Notes under the pieces: model-generated
What the model was told of the DNA's origin: nothing
Databases searched by the model: none
The model's input: the letters and a program-made list of their open reading frames with translations, nothing else
Shown: in pieces, positions 1-11,610 of the stretch
Layout: the number at the start of each line of letters is the position of its first letter
Numbering within the stretch: the stretch's first letter is position 1
Made by a program: the position numbers and the translations under genes
Source of the DNA: Chiloscyllium plagiosum
Lineage: Eukaryota
DNA length: 45,198 bases
Assembly: GCF_004010195.1 (NCBI RefSeq)
Contig: NC_057719.1
Coordinates: forward strand, 88,853,405 to 88,898,602
Direction of reading: 5' to 3'

Positions 1-487
1 ACCGCTCGAGAGCCCGGACCTGACCCACGGATGACTCAGTAGCAGTCTCTGAGGCCGCGGCCCATTGCGCCTCCCCTCCGACGTGCTGCTCGAGTTTTTC
101 GATCTCTTGGTCATGCTTCTGCATTCTGTAGTATGACCGAGATCGACTCCCACCTGGACCAGGCCTCCTCGATGGACGTGTCGCTCTTCTCCTGGAGTTT
201 GACGATCTCAGATAAGTCCCTCAGGGCAACCGCGGACATCCCTGCTGCTGCGGGAGGGGGTGAGGGAGGGGTCCCTGCCTGTTGCGAGCTGTGGGAGTTT
301 TTGCCCTTCGTCATTTTTAAAAAAGCATCAAACTGTTAAAGTTTGATGTCAGATGACTAAATATGCTGGGCAAAAGCTATCCTGAATAATTTAAAAGGTG
401 AGGTGAAGGCGAGCGCCCACTTTGCCCGAGCCTTAGGCAGAGCACCGCAGACTCAGAACTACTGCGTCGCTGCCATCTTGGATCTCC
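1..487 (-). mobile_element. L1 LINE 5' end (5'UTR and start of ORF1), running off the window edge
   Basis: ORF 111..314 (MTKGK...KLQEKSDTSIEEAWSRWESISVILQ) aligns by eye with the ORF1 N-terminus of the L1 at 9080..9448 (MTKGK...KLREKIDLSMEETRDRLESISVMLQ); CpG-rich; begins with GATCCAAGATGGC on the minus strand. Confidence 0.75.
472..480 (-). promoter_or_regulatory. YY1-type motif CAAGATGGC at the L1 5' end
   Basis: gccatcttg on +; same position as AAGATGGCC at 9580-9588 in the second L1 and as the YY1 site of mammalian L1 promoters. Confidence 0.55.
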
Positions 488-890
488 ACTATATGCCTTC
501 TTAACAATCTTATCAACCTGGGTGGCAACTTGTATTCCTGCTATTTCTTCCGAAGTGAACTACCTCACACTTCTCCGCATTAAACTCCATTTGCCACTTC
601 TCAGCCCAGTTCTGCATCTTATCTATGTCCCTCTGTAACCCACAACATCTTTTGGCACTAACCACAACTCTGCCTACCTTAGTGTCATCCACAAATTTAC
701 TAACCCATCCTTCTACATCCACATCAAGATAATTGCTAAAAATGACAAACAGCAGTGGCCCCAAAACAGATCCTTGTGGCATACCACTGGTAACTGAGCT
801 TCAGATGCACATTTCCCATCAACCACCACCTAGTCAATTGGCTTTTTCACCTAGCCAATTTTTGATCCAAACCACTAAATCCCCTTAGAT
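488..890 (-). mobile_element. CR1 LINE RT fragment
   Basis: ORF 513..782: PQGSVLGPLLFVIF...SKFVDDTKVG...LQRDID...WQMEFNAEKCEVVHFG. Confidence 0.9.
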
Positions 891-1747
891 CATTATTTTG
901 TGCAATAATGAGAGGAATTAGGAAAGAACTGGAGGAGCCAGAGTGCAGAGCAGGCAGCGTTAGCCAAAGGAAGGGGCAGCACCAAGCAGTGCTGAAGAGA
1001 TTCATGTTAAGGCTAAATGCACACTTGTTCTTCCTTATCATATTCACTTCTCCCTCAGCCTGCAACATTTTTATTTGAACCTCCTTCTATTTTCTCTTCG
1101 TCCCTTTTTTTTATATTTAAGATGACGTAAACACACATTTCTTTCTTTCCCATCACTGCAATCCAATTGTTGTCATTCCTCATTTGCATGAAGTGAAGCT
1201 GTACATACGGTCATTTGAAAAGGATAATGCAAATGCTGCAGGGCGAGGGGCATGACACCAGCTCTACTGCAGACAAGTCAAATGAGAACATTATCGGTCC
1301 AGGCTAAATAGACAAAAGTGAATGTCTGACACACTAGAAAGCTTGCCAGAAAGCCTGCATTCAACATCAAGAGCATTGAGCAGATCATCATCACTTGGCA
1401 CAGAGATTTGCTTAGAGATCAGATTCCATGCTTTTTAAAATGGAATGATGTTATGTTCAACATCAGGCCTGTGGAATGCACCATGAAGCAGCATCTGATG
1501 GATAAATCTCAATGGCTCAAACAACTTCCACCATAATTCAGAGTGGTGAAAACTCAGATTACTGCCATTTTCATTCCACCTTTCAAAAAGGCTTCCAATG
1601 TGTTACAACATCCTTATTTTGCAAAGCACATTTGAAAACCCTAAACAGAGTCAAGGTCCATCATCAAACACGACTGATGCTGAACAGCACAGTGATATTT
1701 GATCAGAAGACCAAAGGATTTGTTGAAAACCTATACATATTATGAAG

Positions 1748-2040
1748 GCCTCCCCCTTTCATCATCCTGTTCCCCACCCCACTCCCTCTTCCTCCTTCCC
1801 CCCAACTCCCTTCATCCTCTTGTCTCTCACAATCCCTTCTCTCCTGTCTCCCCCTCCCTCATCCTGTTGTCACACTTCAGTCCCTCCTTCCACCAATTCC
1901 CCCATCGTCCTCATCGTGCTGTCTCCTCCAAATCCTCCTTCCTCCTCTCCCAATCTGCTATCCCCTCCTCCTTCTTCCTCCTGTCCCTCCTCACAACCTT
2001 CTCCTACTGTCCCTCCCAACTCAATCCTCCTCCTATCCTT
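1748..2040. repeat. CT-rich low-complexity tract
   Basis: almost pure C/T (cctcct, ctccc runs). Confidence 0.85.
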
Positions 2041-2074
2041 TGAATATCTCTTGGCCTTTCCTTCAGCAAGTCTC

Positions 2075-2345
2075 CAACCTTACCTCATAATTAAGGCATC
2101 TTATCCCCGGAACCATTCTCGCAAACCTCTTCAAACGCTCTAAAGTGTGGCACCCAGAACTGCGCACAACACTACAGCTGAAGTTTAACTATTGTCTTAG
2201 ACAACTTCAGCATAACCTCTCTGCTCTTGTAGTGTATGCCCCTATATTCTATCGCCCACTCCACCAATTCGTCAGAATTTCTTTGGAGCTCTGCACTTTA
2301 GTCAACCGACTTTACAATTCGAATAAACTTTTGTGTCATCTGCAA
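2075..2345 (-). mobile_element. old, deleted CR1 fragment
   Basis: ccagaactgcgcacaac and ttttgtgtcatctgcaaac (FADDTK on minus) resemble other CR1 copies here. Confidence 0.55.
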
Positions 2346-2679
2346 ACTGTGAAATTATCCCCTGCGGATCAAGATCTGGATCATCAAGAAAAATTAGGGT
2401 CTCAGTATTAAACTTTGGGAATCAATATCATTGCTGATTCCAATGTGGACAACTGGATCCTCCCCCCACTCAAAGTTTTGCTTGGGAATCCTTAAATCCT
2501 GGCAATGTGCAGCCAACACAGATTCAGAATTCCCATCATGGCTGCAGTGCACAGTTACCTATCCCATATACAGCCCCCTATTAATACATTCCTAATTGGA
2601 AAGCTTTCTGCATCATGGTGCTAGGATTGACACGGAGTTCAACGACTAACTTTTGCTCCCATTTTGTGCCACATTTGTT

Positions 2680-3020
2680 GACTCATTTAGATTTCTCTTC
2701 ACTCTCTTTTCATCTTTTCCCTCACTTTGTATTCAGGTAGCTGCTGTCAGTCATTCACACATTTCATCTGTTCTCATTAACACTCCCTTAAGCTTTTGCA
2801 CCATGAAATCTTGTGCAATTAAATCTTTCCTGCCCTTCACTATATCAAAAACTTTTCACTCCTCCCAAAATCCTCTTTTCTTTTCCTTGCTCCAAACCTA
2901 TTCTACCGAACCACATCTCTGATGAAAGGTCATGGACCTAAAATGTTAACTCTGTTTCTCTCCACTGCTTGGCCTACTAGGCATTTCCAGTACTTTTTAT
3001 TTCTATTTCCAATATCTGTA
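2680..3020 (+). mobile_element. old PLE-type terminal repeat with a degenerate hammerhead motif at 2919-2948
   Basis: CTGATGA-A-AGGTC-ATG-GACCT-AAAA-TGTTA followed by tctgtttctctcc...tgct...catttccagtacttt. Confidence 0.45.
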
Positions 3021-4239
3021 AGTATTTGGAAGTTACACAAAAAGAGTTCTCCCAGTTTGGGCTACTGGGCTCTCCATGCAGCCCAGTTTAACCTGCATGG
3101 ACTGACAAAAGATCATCTTATGCCTCATCGCCAGCTTATCCTCAAAATCACAATTCCAGTAAAATGTTTCTACTTCTCTGGTACTTCAATTTAGATTTGA
3201 AAGTTAGTTTAGCAAGATTATCAACTAATCACAGCTATCTTCACATACCAAGACCCTCAATCAACAATTTCATCAGTCTCTATGCGGCACTGTTTAGGAG
3301 ATTAAACAGCTCACCACCAAACAAAGCTCAGTTCTCAAAATAATATTTAGGACAATGAAAAAAAGACACAAACGTTTCTAACTAGTAATCGAAAGAGTAT
3401 ACTTATGGTCTCACATTTGACAAAGCTAAGTATGTATACACTACAAAAGGTTAATCTGGAAGCCTCTCAAGGATGAGTGAAAAGGCTGTGTAAAACAATT
3501 AGTGGAAGTTATCGCCACAGGTTAGTGAATCCATAACAAAAATAGGATCAATAAAACATAAAAGAAGCCACTGTAAAATGTCAATGACACCTAAGAAAAT
3601 TAAATGCCTGAAGAATTTGGACAAGGAGCTGCAAAATTGATTTAATTAACCGTTATAACATGGAGCTAACATTACACAGACACAACAGATTAAATTGTTC
3701 ATTCTATTCTGAACGTTTACAGCATAAATGAAAATAATATGAAGATCTGTACACAAACTAATTTATTTTTCTTCAATTCAAGGAGGTTGCTGAAGACACC
3801 AGCACTGATTATGAAGTTACAACCCAAAACTATCAGGGAGAGAAAATGAGAAACCAAAATTCAGAAGTTCCCCTGTTACCATATTAAATTTATCCAGCTC
3901 AATAGCCACATTTAAACAAGGGTAGCAATGTAAATAATGTAGCTGGATACAATAAGCAACTTCACACACAGCCTGCTTAAAAGTAAAGTTAAAATTTCTA
4001 TTCAGGTTATAAGAGAAAGCTAGACCCAGCTACAAAGTTAGACACAGAATGCATAAGTCTTAAAATGTCTAATTAACAATCTGCATTCATACAGCCCTGT
4101 TAATATCTAAAAATCACAACGGATGTCACAGAAGCATAACATGACAGAAATAGATGCTGAAAAAAGAAAGGAGATACTAGGAATGACCAAAAGTTGGACA
4201 TTAAAAAAAGGCGAAATGGATGGGTTTGGATTCCCCGTT

Positions 4240-4740
4240 ATTATACAGTCATACGGCATGGAAACAGACCCTTCGGTCCAACCTCATCCATGTTTCCCAA
4301 ACTGAACTAGTCCCATTTGCCTGCATTTGGCCCATATCCCTGCTTTTGGCCTATATCCCTCTAAACCTTTCCTAGTCATGTGTCTGTCCAAAAATCTTTT
4401 AAAAATGTTTTAACTGTACCTGCATCTACCACTTCCTCTGACAGTTAATTCCACATACCAAACAACCTCTGAGTGGGAAAAAAAACAACCGTCAGGTCTC
4501 TTTTTTTTAAGTCTTTCTACTCTCACCGTAAAATTATGCCCTCTAGTTATGAACGCCTCCACCAAGGGAAAATACCTTTGCTGTTCACCTTATCTATGCC
4601 CCTCATGATTTTAAAAATCTCTAAGGTCACCCCTGAACCTTCTACTCTACAGCGAAAGAAGTCCCAGCCTATCCAGCCTCTTCCAACAATATCTGTGGAA
4701 ATTATTTCTGCAATTTCTCCAAATTGATAATATCCTTTCT
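4240..4740 (-). mobile_element. CR1 LINE 3' end, split by the L1 insertion and continuing at 9597-9925
   Basis: minus-strand tail ggaaacagacccttcggtccaa; CR1 sequence resumes after the second TSD copy (gcgaccagaactgtacac...). Confidence 0.85.
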
Positions 4741-5171
4741 TTGTTTTTATTTTTTAAAAATCTTTTTTCAATAAAAATATTTAATTTTTTTTTACAAAAT
4801 TACAAAACCAGGACAAAATAGTTTGACAACTTTAAAATATGATAATAATAGAAAACAAACTACTACTCTACTCCACAAACTATCGAAACATGAAAAAAAA
4901 GCAAAAAGAAAACATCTACAAAAACTACAATCCAATAAATAACCAAGGAGAAAGAAGAAAAATAAATAAACAAACAAAATTAAATTAATCCAAGTTATAG
5001 CAAGGTAACTTAAATTATATTCAATTAAATTATCACTCCCCAGCCTTAATGCCAGCATTTTCGACAGATTTTAAAATCCATGTTCAGTAATGATATAGGC
5101 CTGTACAAAGTGCAATCCTCTGGGGCTTTTCTTTTCTTAAGAATAAGAGAAATACTAGCTTCTCTCAAAGA

Positions 5172-6440
5172 GGATTGATGAGGGCAGAGCGATAGATGAT
5201 ATATATATGGACTTCAGTAAGGCATTTGACAAGGTTCCCCATGGGAGACTGGTGAGCATGGAATACAAGGAGAACTCCATGCTGTACATCTCTATGACTA
5301 TAACTCGCCATTTGGATACAGAACTGGCTCAAAGGTAGAAGACAGAGCGTGATGGTGGAGGGTTGTTTTTCAGACTGGAGGCCTGTGACCAGTGGAGTGC
5401 CACAAGGATCGTTGCTGGGTCCACTACTTTTCATCATTTATATAAATAATTTGGATGGGAGCATAAGAGGTATAGTTAGTAAGTTTGCTGATGACACCAA
5501 AATTGGAGGTGTAGTGGACAATGGAGAAGGTTACCTCAGATTACAATGGGATCTTGATCAGATGGGCCAATGGGCTGAGAAGTGGCAGATGGGGTTTAAT
5601 TTAGATAAATGTGAGGTGCTGCACTTTGGGAATGTAAATCTTAGCAGGACTTATACACTTAATGGTCCTAGGGAGTGTTGCTGAACAAAGAGACATTGGA
5701 GTGCAGGTTCATAGCTCCTTGAAAGTAAAGTCGCAGGTAGATAGGATAGTAATAGTCAGTCGCCTGAGGCGGGAATTGAACCCGGGTCTCAGGCGCTGTG
5801 AGGCAGCAGTGCTAACCACCGTGCCACCGTGCCGCCCAAAAGTGAAGGCGGCGTTTGGTATGCTTTCCTTTATTGGTCAGAGTGTTGAGTACAGGAGTTG
5901 GGAAGTCATGTTGCGGCTGTACAGGACATTGGTAGGCCACTGTTGAAATATTGCGTGCAATTCTGGTCTCCTTTCTATCAGAAAGATGTTGTGAAACTTG
6001 AGAGGGTTCAGAAAAGATTTGAGCTATAGGGAGAGGCTGAATAGGCTCTCTTTTCCCTGGAGTGTCGTAGGCTGAGGGGTGACCTTATAGAGCTTTACAA
6101 AATTATGAGGGGCATGGATAGGATAAATAGACAAAGTCTTTTCCCTGGGGTCAGGGAGTCCAGAACTAGAGGGTATAGGTTTAGATATAAAAGAGACCTA
6201 AGAGGCAACTTTTTCACTCAGAGGGTGGTAGGTGTATGGAATGAACTCCCTGAGGAAGTAGTGGAGGAAAGTATAATTGCAACATTTAAAAGGCATTTGG
6301 ATGGGTATATGAATAGGAAGGGTTTGGCGGGATATGGGCCAGATGCTGGCAGGTGGGACTAAATTGAGTTGGGATATCTGGTCGGCATGGACAAGTTGGA
6401 CCGAAGGGTCTGTTTCCATGCTGTACATTTCTATGACTCT
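5172..6440 (+). mobile_element. 5'-truncated CR1 LINE inserted in L1 ORF2
   Basis: SGVPQGSLLGPLLF...SKFADDTKIGG; tail ctatgactct; aaga flanks both sides (5168-5171, 6441-6444) and removing the insert restores CLPSLREAS. Confidence 0.92.
5755..5838 (-). mobile_element. HE1/V-SINE-like tRNA-derived head fragment
   Basis: reverse complement tgggcggcacggtggcacggtggttagcactgctgcctcacagcgcc...ggttcaattcc, with Pol III A and B boxes. Confidence 0.85.
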
Positions 6441-8969
6441 AAGATGGGAGGCAGCTCTGACTGAATGAATAATTGCATATATCCAAAATGGCCTGGCCTG
6501 CTTCTCTATTAACTCCTTATAAAACTCACTTTGAAATCAGTCTGGTCTGGGCGCTTTACCTCTGAAGTAGCCTCACCGCCTCCTGTACTTCCTGAATTAT
6601 CAGAGGGGCATTCAGAAAGGATGCCTGCTCTGAGGTTACACCTGGAAGGTCCAAGGTCTTAAAAAAGGATTCCATCTTCATCATTCTGTCCTCACAGCCC
6701 TCTGACCAATGTAGCTCAAAATAAAACTTTCTAAATGTTGCATTAATCTTTTTTAGCATTGCAAGTAAGAATACCAGCACTCTCTCTGATAGATGTAATA
6801 GACTGGGGGGCATTCTTCTTTCTGGCCAAGTACGTTAGATAGCTACCCGGTTTATAACCGTACTCAAATCATCTCTGTTTCGCCAAAGAGATTTGCCTCT
6901 TTGCTGGTTGGGTGAGTGCAGCATTCAAAGTAGCCCTAAGGGGCTGTAATTCGCTGTAATTTAGTTATAGACAGTATGTCAAAGTATGCTAACTCAGCTG
7001 CCTTCAGGCGAGCCTCAAGCAAACGTTGCTGTTCTCCCCTCTCTCGCTTCCGGGTCGCAGAGTAAGAAATAATCAAACCCCGTGCATAGGCCTTGTCAGT
7101 CTGTCCCGCCACCACTGGCCTTGACCTCCTTGTATACTGCCGCATGATCAGAAACGGCTATGTTCCCTATTCTGCAAGGCAGCACAGAGTTCAAAAAGGT
7201 CGATAGGACAAAAAAAAAACGTCAACTCTAGTATAGCACTTATGCGGATTAGAAAAAAAGGTAAAATCCCTACCACCGGGGTGAAGAGACCTCCATACAT
7301 CCACCAACCCCAACTCCCTGTTCAGGTCCACCAACTGCCTGGATTGCGGGGACATACCGCAAGACCCCTAGGCATCCTGTCCACCTCGAGGGCAATAATA
7401 TGATTAATGTCTCACCCTAAGGTTGTATGACCCACCCCAAGGGCCATCAATCTAGAAAGCGCATCTGTTAAGAATTTAAGGGGACGTGCCGTCAGGCAAT
7501 ATACATTCAGAATCCCATATTCCTCTCCATGTATTAAAGCTTTAAGAATTATGAATCGCTCGCAATCATCCTTAATTTGGCTTAGCATTTGAAACGGAGG
7601 TTCTTCTGTATGAGAATAGCAATTCCTCTACTTTTCAAATTAAAAGATGAGAAAAATACCTGGCCGAATCCTCCCTGTTGCAACTTCAAATGCTCTTTAT
7701 CGGTTAAATGCATTTCTTGTAACATCGACCCTCTCTTTTCTAAGGCTTGACAGTATCTTTTTTCTCTTAATTGGCGAATGACTACCCTTAACATTCCAAG
7801 TGCACCATTTAAAGGAATTAGCCATGATCAACCAAAACAATCCGTGACCCTACACCCCCCCACCCCGGGAGGAAGAACCCCACTCATAGAGCACCGAGTG
7901 AAAACCATGTTTGTGAGAGTTTAAAAATGCAACCTCAAAAATTACTCAATCAAAACTCAATCAAAACTTCTAACAGCTACTTCTACAGCACATCAACATA
8001 TAACATAAATGAAAGGACACTTTTCCCCCTTTCTCTACAGGGGGCGCACATACCACCCATTAACCCCACCATGACTCTCCTTCTAGCTGAAGCCATGCAC
8101 CCGCCCCAGACAGCACAAAGTAAGAAAAAAATACTAACAAGAAAGTTAAAAGTGGACACTCAACCCGCTCCCTCCATACTGTAATACTATGCACTCCTGG
8201 TAGAACAAAAAAAAATCTCTCCCAGTGTCCCCCCACCGCCACCCGCAGCCTAAACCAGAAAAGAAGGACAAAAGGAAATAATAAGAAAAGAAAACCCAGG
8301 AAAACAAAGGATGACGGGAAGGGAGAGAGAGGGGCGAGGAGACAAAAAGAAAAGGAAATAATTATGGCCCTGACATATATTTTAAAAAAAAAACCAAGAC
8401 CACCCACCAACAACCAAGCAATTTACACAGAAAAAACAAAATAAAGTAATTGTCCATATAATTCAAGCCAGTCAGTCCATGTTAAAGCATCCAAGTCCTT
8501 TGCCTTTTCCGGAGAATCAAATTTGAACACGGACCCTCCGTGGCTGAAACGCAATATCGCCAGATATCTAACAGAATACTGGATATTGAAATCCCTCAGC
8601 TGCCTTTTTACCTCATTAAAGGCCTTCCTCTTATGAATCATGACCGGAGAGAAGTCCTGGAAAAGCATAATGCATGATTGTTTCCATATCAGAGAGTGAG
8701 GATCCTTTTCCAGTGCTCTAGAGGCTTCCAGCATCATTTATTTGTCTCTATAGTGCTGGGTCGTATTAGGACTAGGTGGGGGCACTGGTCCAATCAGGGT
8801 CAACACACTGCGACCAGGTGGCCACGCTTGACCGGGACCTGGCCTACTTCATCCTCCAGCCTTAGAAACTGTGGGAGCCATTGCTCCAAAAAGCTGATGA
8901 GCTTGCCAGTAACTGAATGTTCTTTTGCTCTTCCAAGGCCTGCACTCGCCATTCCAGGGCCTGAACCTG

Positions 8970-9083
8970 TGGGCGGCACGGTGGCACAGTGGTTAGCACT
9001 GCTGCCTCACAGCGCCAGAGACCCAGGTTCAATTCCCGAGTCAAGCGACTGCCTGTTTCCACACTGTAAGTAATCTAATCTAA
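8970..9083 (+). mobile_element. internally deleted HE1-like SINE
   Basis: tRNA head joined directly to the tail gcctgtttccacactgtaagtaatctaatctaa; TSD aacctg at 8964-8969 and 9084-9089. Confidence 0.85.
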
Positions 9084-9116
9084 AACCTGACCTGCCGAGG
9101 ATTCTGCCACAGTCTC

Positions 9117-9184
9117 AGAAGGGCTCCTGCTCCTTTGATGCTGCCTGACCTGCTGCGCTTTTCCAGCAACACATTTTTAAGCTC
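9117..9184 (+). mobile_element. short PLE-terminal module with the hammerhead core deleted
   Basis: gaagggctc joined to ctgctcctttgatgctgcctgacctgctgcgcttttccagcaacacatttt; compare 17091-17220. Confidence 0.75.
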
Positions 9185-9929
9185 ACAGTCAGAAGCCATG
9201 GCCCAGTGCTCAAATTCCCCGAGGTGCTGGATCTCCAGGTCATCCCTCTGCAGCATGACTGAGATCGATTCAAGCCTATCCCGGGTCTCCTCCATCGATA
9301 AGTCGATCTTCTCTCGGAGTTTCATGCACTCCGAGATCAGGCTGTGCTCCACAGGTGAGTCCTTGGGATGGTCACGAAACTGACTCTGCAGCCATGGGTG
9401 CGTCAGTTGTTGCAGAGGGGTTCCCTGTGCTTCCTTACCCTTAGTCATTTTCCTAACTGTTCCAAAATAGAACTAAAAAATTCTAAGGGTTGAGAAATGG
9501 TTACTTCCAGCAAATTAAACAGTAAGGGAGGGTTAGTGCCCCACTTTGTCTGGGTTCTGGTACAGAGCTCAGCAAAGTAGGCCATCTTAAATCCCAATAA
9601 TATTCTTTCTGATGCAAGGCGACCAGAACTGTACACACTCCTCCAGGAGACACGTCATCAACGTGTTGAACAACCTTAACACGACATCCCAACTCCTATA
9701 GTCAATGCTCTGAGCGATGAAGGCAAGCATGCAAATGCCCTCTTCATTGCCTTACCCGTGATGCTACTTTCAATGAACTATGTACTTGAACCCCAAGATC
9801 TTCCTGTTCAACAACGCTTCACAGAGTGGTACCAATAACTGTAAATATTGCCCTTGTTTGTCTTCCCAAATACAACATCTCGCATTTATCTAAATCAAAC
9901 TCCATCGGCCAATCCTTGGCCCATGGATT

Positions 9930-10170
9930 ATTCTGGTTACAGGTAGACATCTGTAGATGGCTAATGCGGTGCTTGTGCTCTCTCAGATGTCCAGACAGTT
10001 GGAAAGTTTCTGATGATCAAGGCCCCTTTGTAATTCTAGATTATCTTCTTCACTTTCGAAGGAATACCAGAAAAATAGACAGATCAAAAGAAACTTTCCA
10101 ACCGTCTGGATATCTGACAGAGCACAAGCGCCACACTACCCATTTACGGATGTCAACCTGTAACCAGACT
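9930..10170. mobile_element. MITE-like element with about 80-bp terminal inverted repeats
   Basis: 9932-10011 is the diverged reverse complement of 10089-10168; att flanks both ends. Confidence 0.7.
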
Positions 10171-10264
10171 ATTAAAGAGTTCAGAAAAAAATTACCGGGT
10201 GTTGCTGGCATTGGAGGATTTCCATCTAGTGGGGTTCCTGAAGAACAGAATCATTCAGCCATGG

Positions 10265-10840
10265 GGTGATACAGCACTGAAATAGACCGTTTGGTCCACC
10301 AGTCTATGCTGACCATCTTCCCAAACTAAACTTGTGCCACCTGCCTGTGGTTGGCCCATATCCTCCAAATGTTTGTTATTCATGAAATTAGGCAAATGTA
10401 TTTTAATTGTACCTGCATCTAACCACTTTCTCTGGCAGTTTCTTCTACACACAAATCACCCTGTGTAAAAAAGTTTCCCCTCATGTCCTTTTTGAATCTT
10501 TTTCCTCTCAATTAAAAATATTTTTGTACACCCACAACCTAGGGGCAAGGTCCTTGTCATTCATCTTATCTATGGCCCTCAAAATGATTTTATAAACCTG
10601 AATAAGTTTAATAAAACCTCCCACACTCCAGTGAAAAAATGTCCCAGCCATTCCAGTCTATTTTTATATCTCAAACCCGCCTTTCCTAGCAACATCATGG
10701 TAAATCATTTCTGAACCCTCTCCAGTTTAATAATCTTTCCTATTATAGAGCAGCCAGAACTAGACACAGTACGCTATAACAGGCCTCAACAACGTCTTGT
10801 ACGCTATAACAGGCCTCAACAACATGATGTCCCAACTCTC
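10265..10840 (-). mobile_element. CR1 LINE 3' end
   Basis: similar to 35480-36185 and other CR1 tails; contains a 25-bp local duplication (10769-10793 / 10799-10823). Confidence 0.8.
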
Positions 10841-11087
10841 AAGAAAGAATACAGTAAATTGAAAATCAGACAGAAAAGGTCAAATAAAACTAAACCTCAT
10901 TAAAATATAAGTCAGTGCCAATTTTATATACTTAGCCATAATTCAGTTCACTCAAGATCATCAACCAGAGATGAACATATAAAACACACAGGTACATGAC
11001 TACACCAGTGGAGAACTATCAAACACTCCGTTCTGAGTAAAGAAGAAAAAACATGGACTAGAATGAAACAAGATTGGAATACTATTT

Positions 11088-11190
11088 AGTCAGGGTTAAA
11101 TGAAGGGGAATGGGTCTGGGTGGGTTGCTCTTTGGAGGGTCAGTGTGGACTTGTTGGGCTGAAGGGCCTGTTTCCACACTGTAGGGAATC
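11088..11190 (+). mobile_element. HE1-like SINE 3' fragment
   Basis: gggtctgggtggg...gtggacttgttgggctgaagggcctgtttccacactgtag. Confidence 0.8.
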
Positions 11191-11284
11191 TTTTTCGTTC
11201 AGCACAGAGGGGAAAATTATGTTAAATAGTGATTAAACAAAATCACACAAGATGGAAAGGATAGCAAGTAGCATTCCATTATCA

Positions 11285-11610
11285 ACAAAAAGGTGAAAGA
11301 ACAGAGATAGATTGCAAGCAATAGGGGGGAATTTGTGGGAGGAACAATGGTGCAATGAGGAGAACAAGCAAAGTGCAAGACTGGGGTGTGAAAGCAAGAG
11401 ACGGAGTGAAAGTAGCAAAAGAGAAAAAGCAAAGGAGAGAGACAACAAAAGTGAAAAATTGAGAAACAAGAAGGAATGGTAGAATAGGGAGAGCAAGAAA
11501 AGGCAAGAAAGACAACAAAGAACAAGTGGATGCAAGATCAAAAGATGGCAGAGAGAGAGAAAGGAAAAGGGCAGAATAAAGAACAAGAAAGGGAGATGGA
11601 AAGGAAAACA
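11285..11610. repeat. GA-rich low-complexity tract
   Basis: purine-rich aagaaa/gagag runs. Confidence 0.75.

Larger units (their letters stand above)
5041..7825 (-). pseudogene. L1 ORF2 remnant (APE endonuclease and start of RT), frameshifted, interrupted by CR1 5172-6440
   Basis: ATG at 7825 gives MANSFKWCTWNVKG; then LQEMHL, SRGIAILI, LVDVWRSLHP...FTFFS...TRVD...SDH, KAYARGLIISYS, KAPRPD, and SLREASISLILKK...YRPISLLNMDFK at 5065-5170. Confidence 0.88.
8440..9448 (-). pseudogene. L1 ORF1 remnant (Transposase_22-like RNA-binding protein)
   Basis: IMLFQDFSPVMIHKRKAFNEVKRQLRDFNIQYSVRYLAILRF...FDSPEKAKD is a typical L1 ORF1 C-terminus; coiled-coil-like LEWRVQALEE; interrupted by two short insertions. 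Confidence 0.85.
4741..9596 (-). mobile_element. L1 LINE with both ends, an internal deletion and nested insertions
   Basis: TSD ataatatcctttct (4727-4740) / ataatattctttct (9597-9610); A-rich tail at 4741-4795; ORF1 and ORF2 remnants; YY1-like 5' motif. Confidence 0.9.

Noticed and set aside
1699..2143. Pro/Ser-rich ORFs of 114-133 aa
   Set aside because: They arise from the CT-rich tract, which lacks stop codons.
10769..10823. 25-bp direct repeat, and similar small duplications near 4325, 19961 and 34828
   Set aside because: Local slippage-type duplications inside dead repeats.
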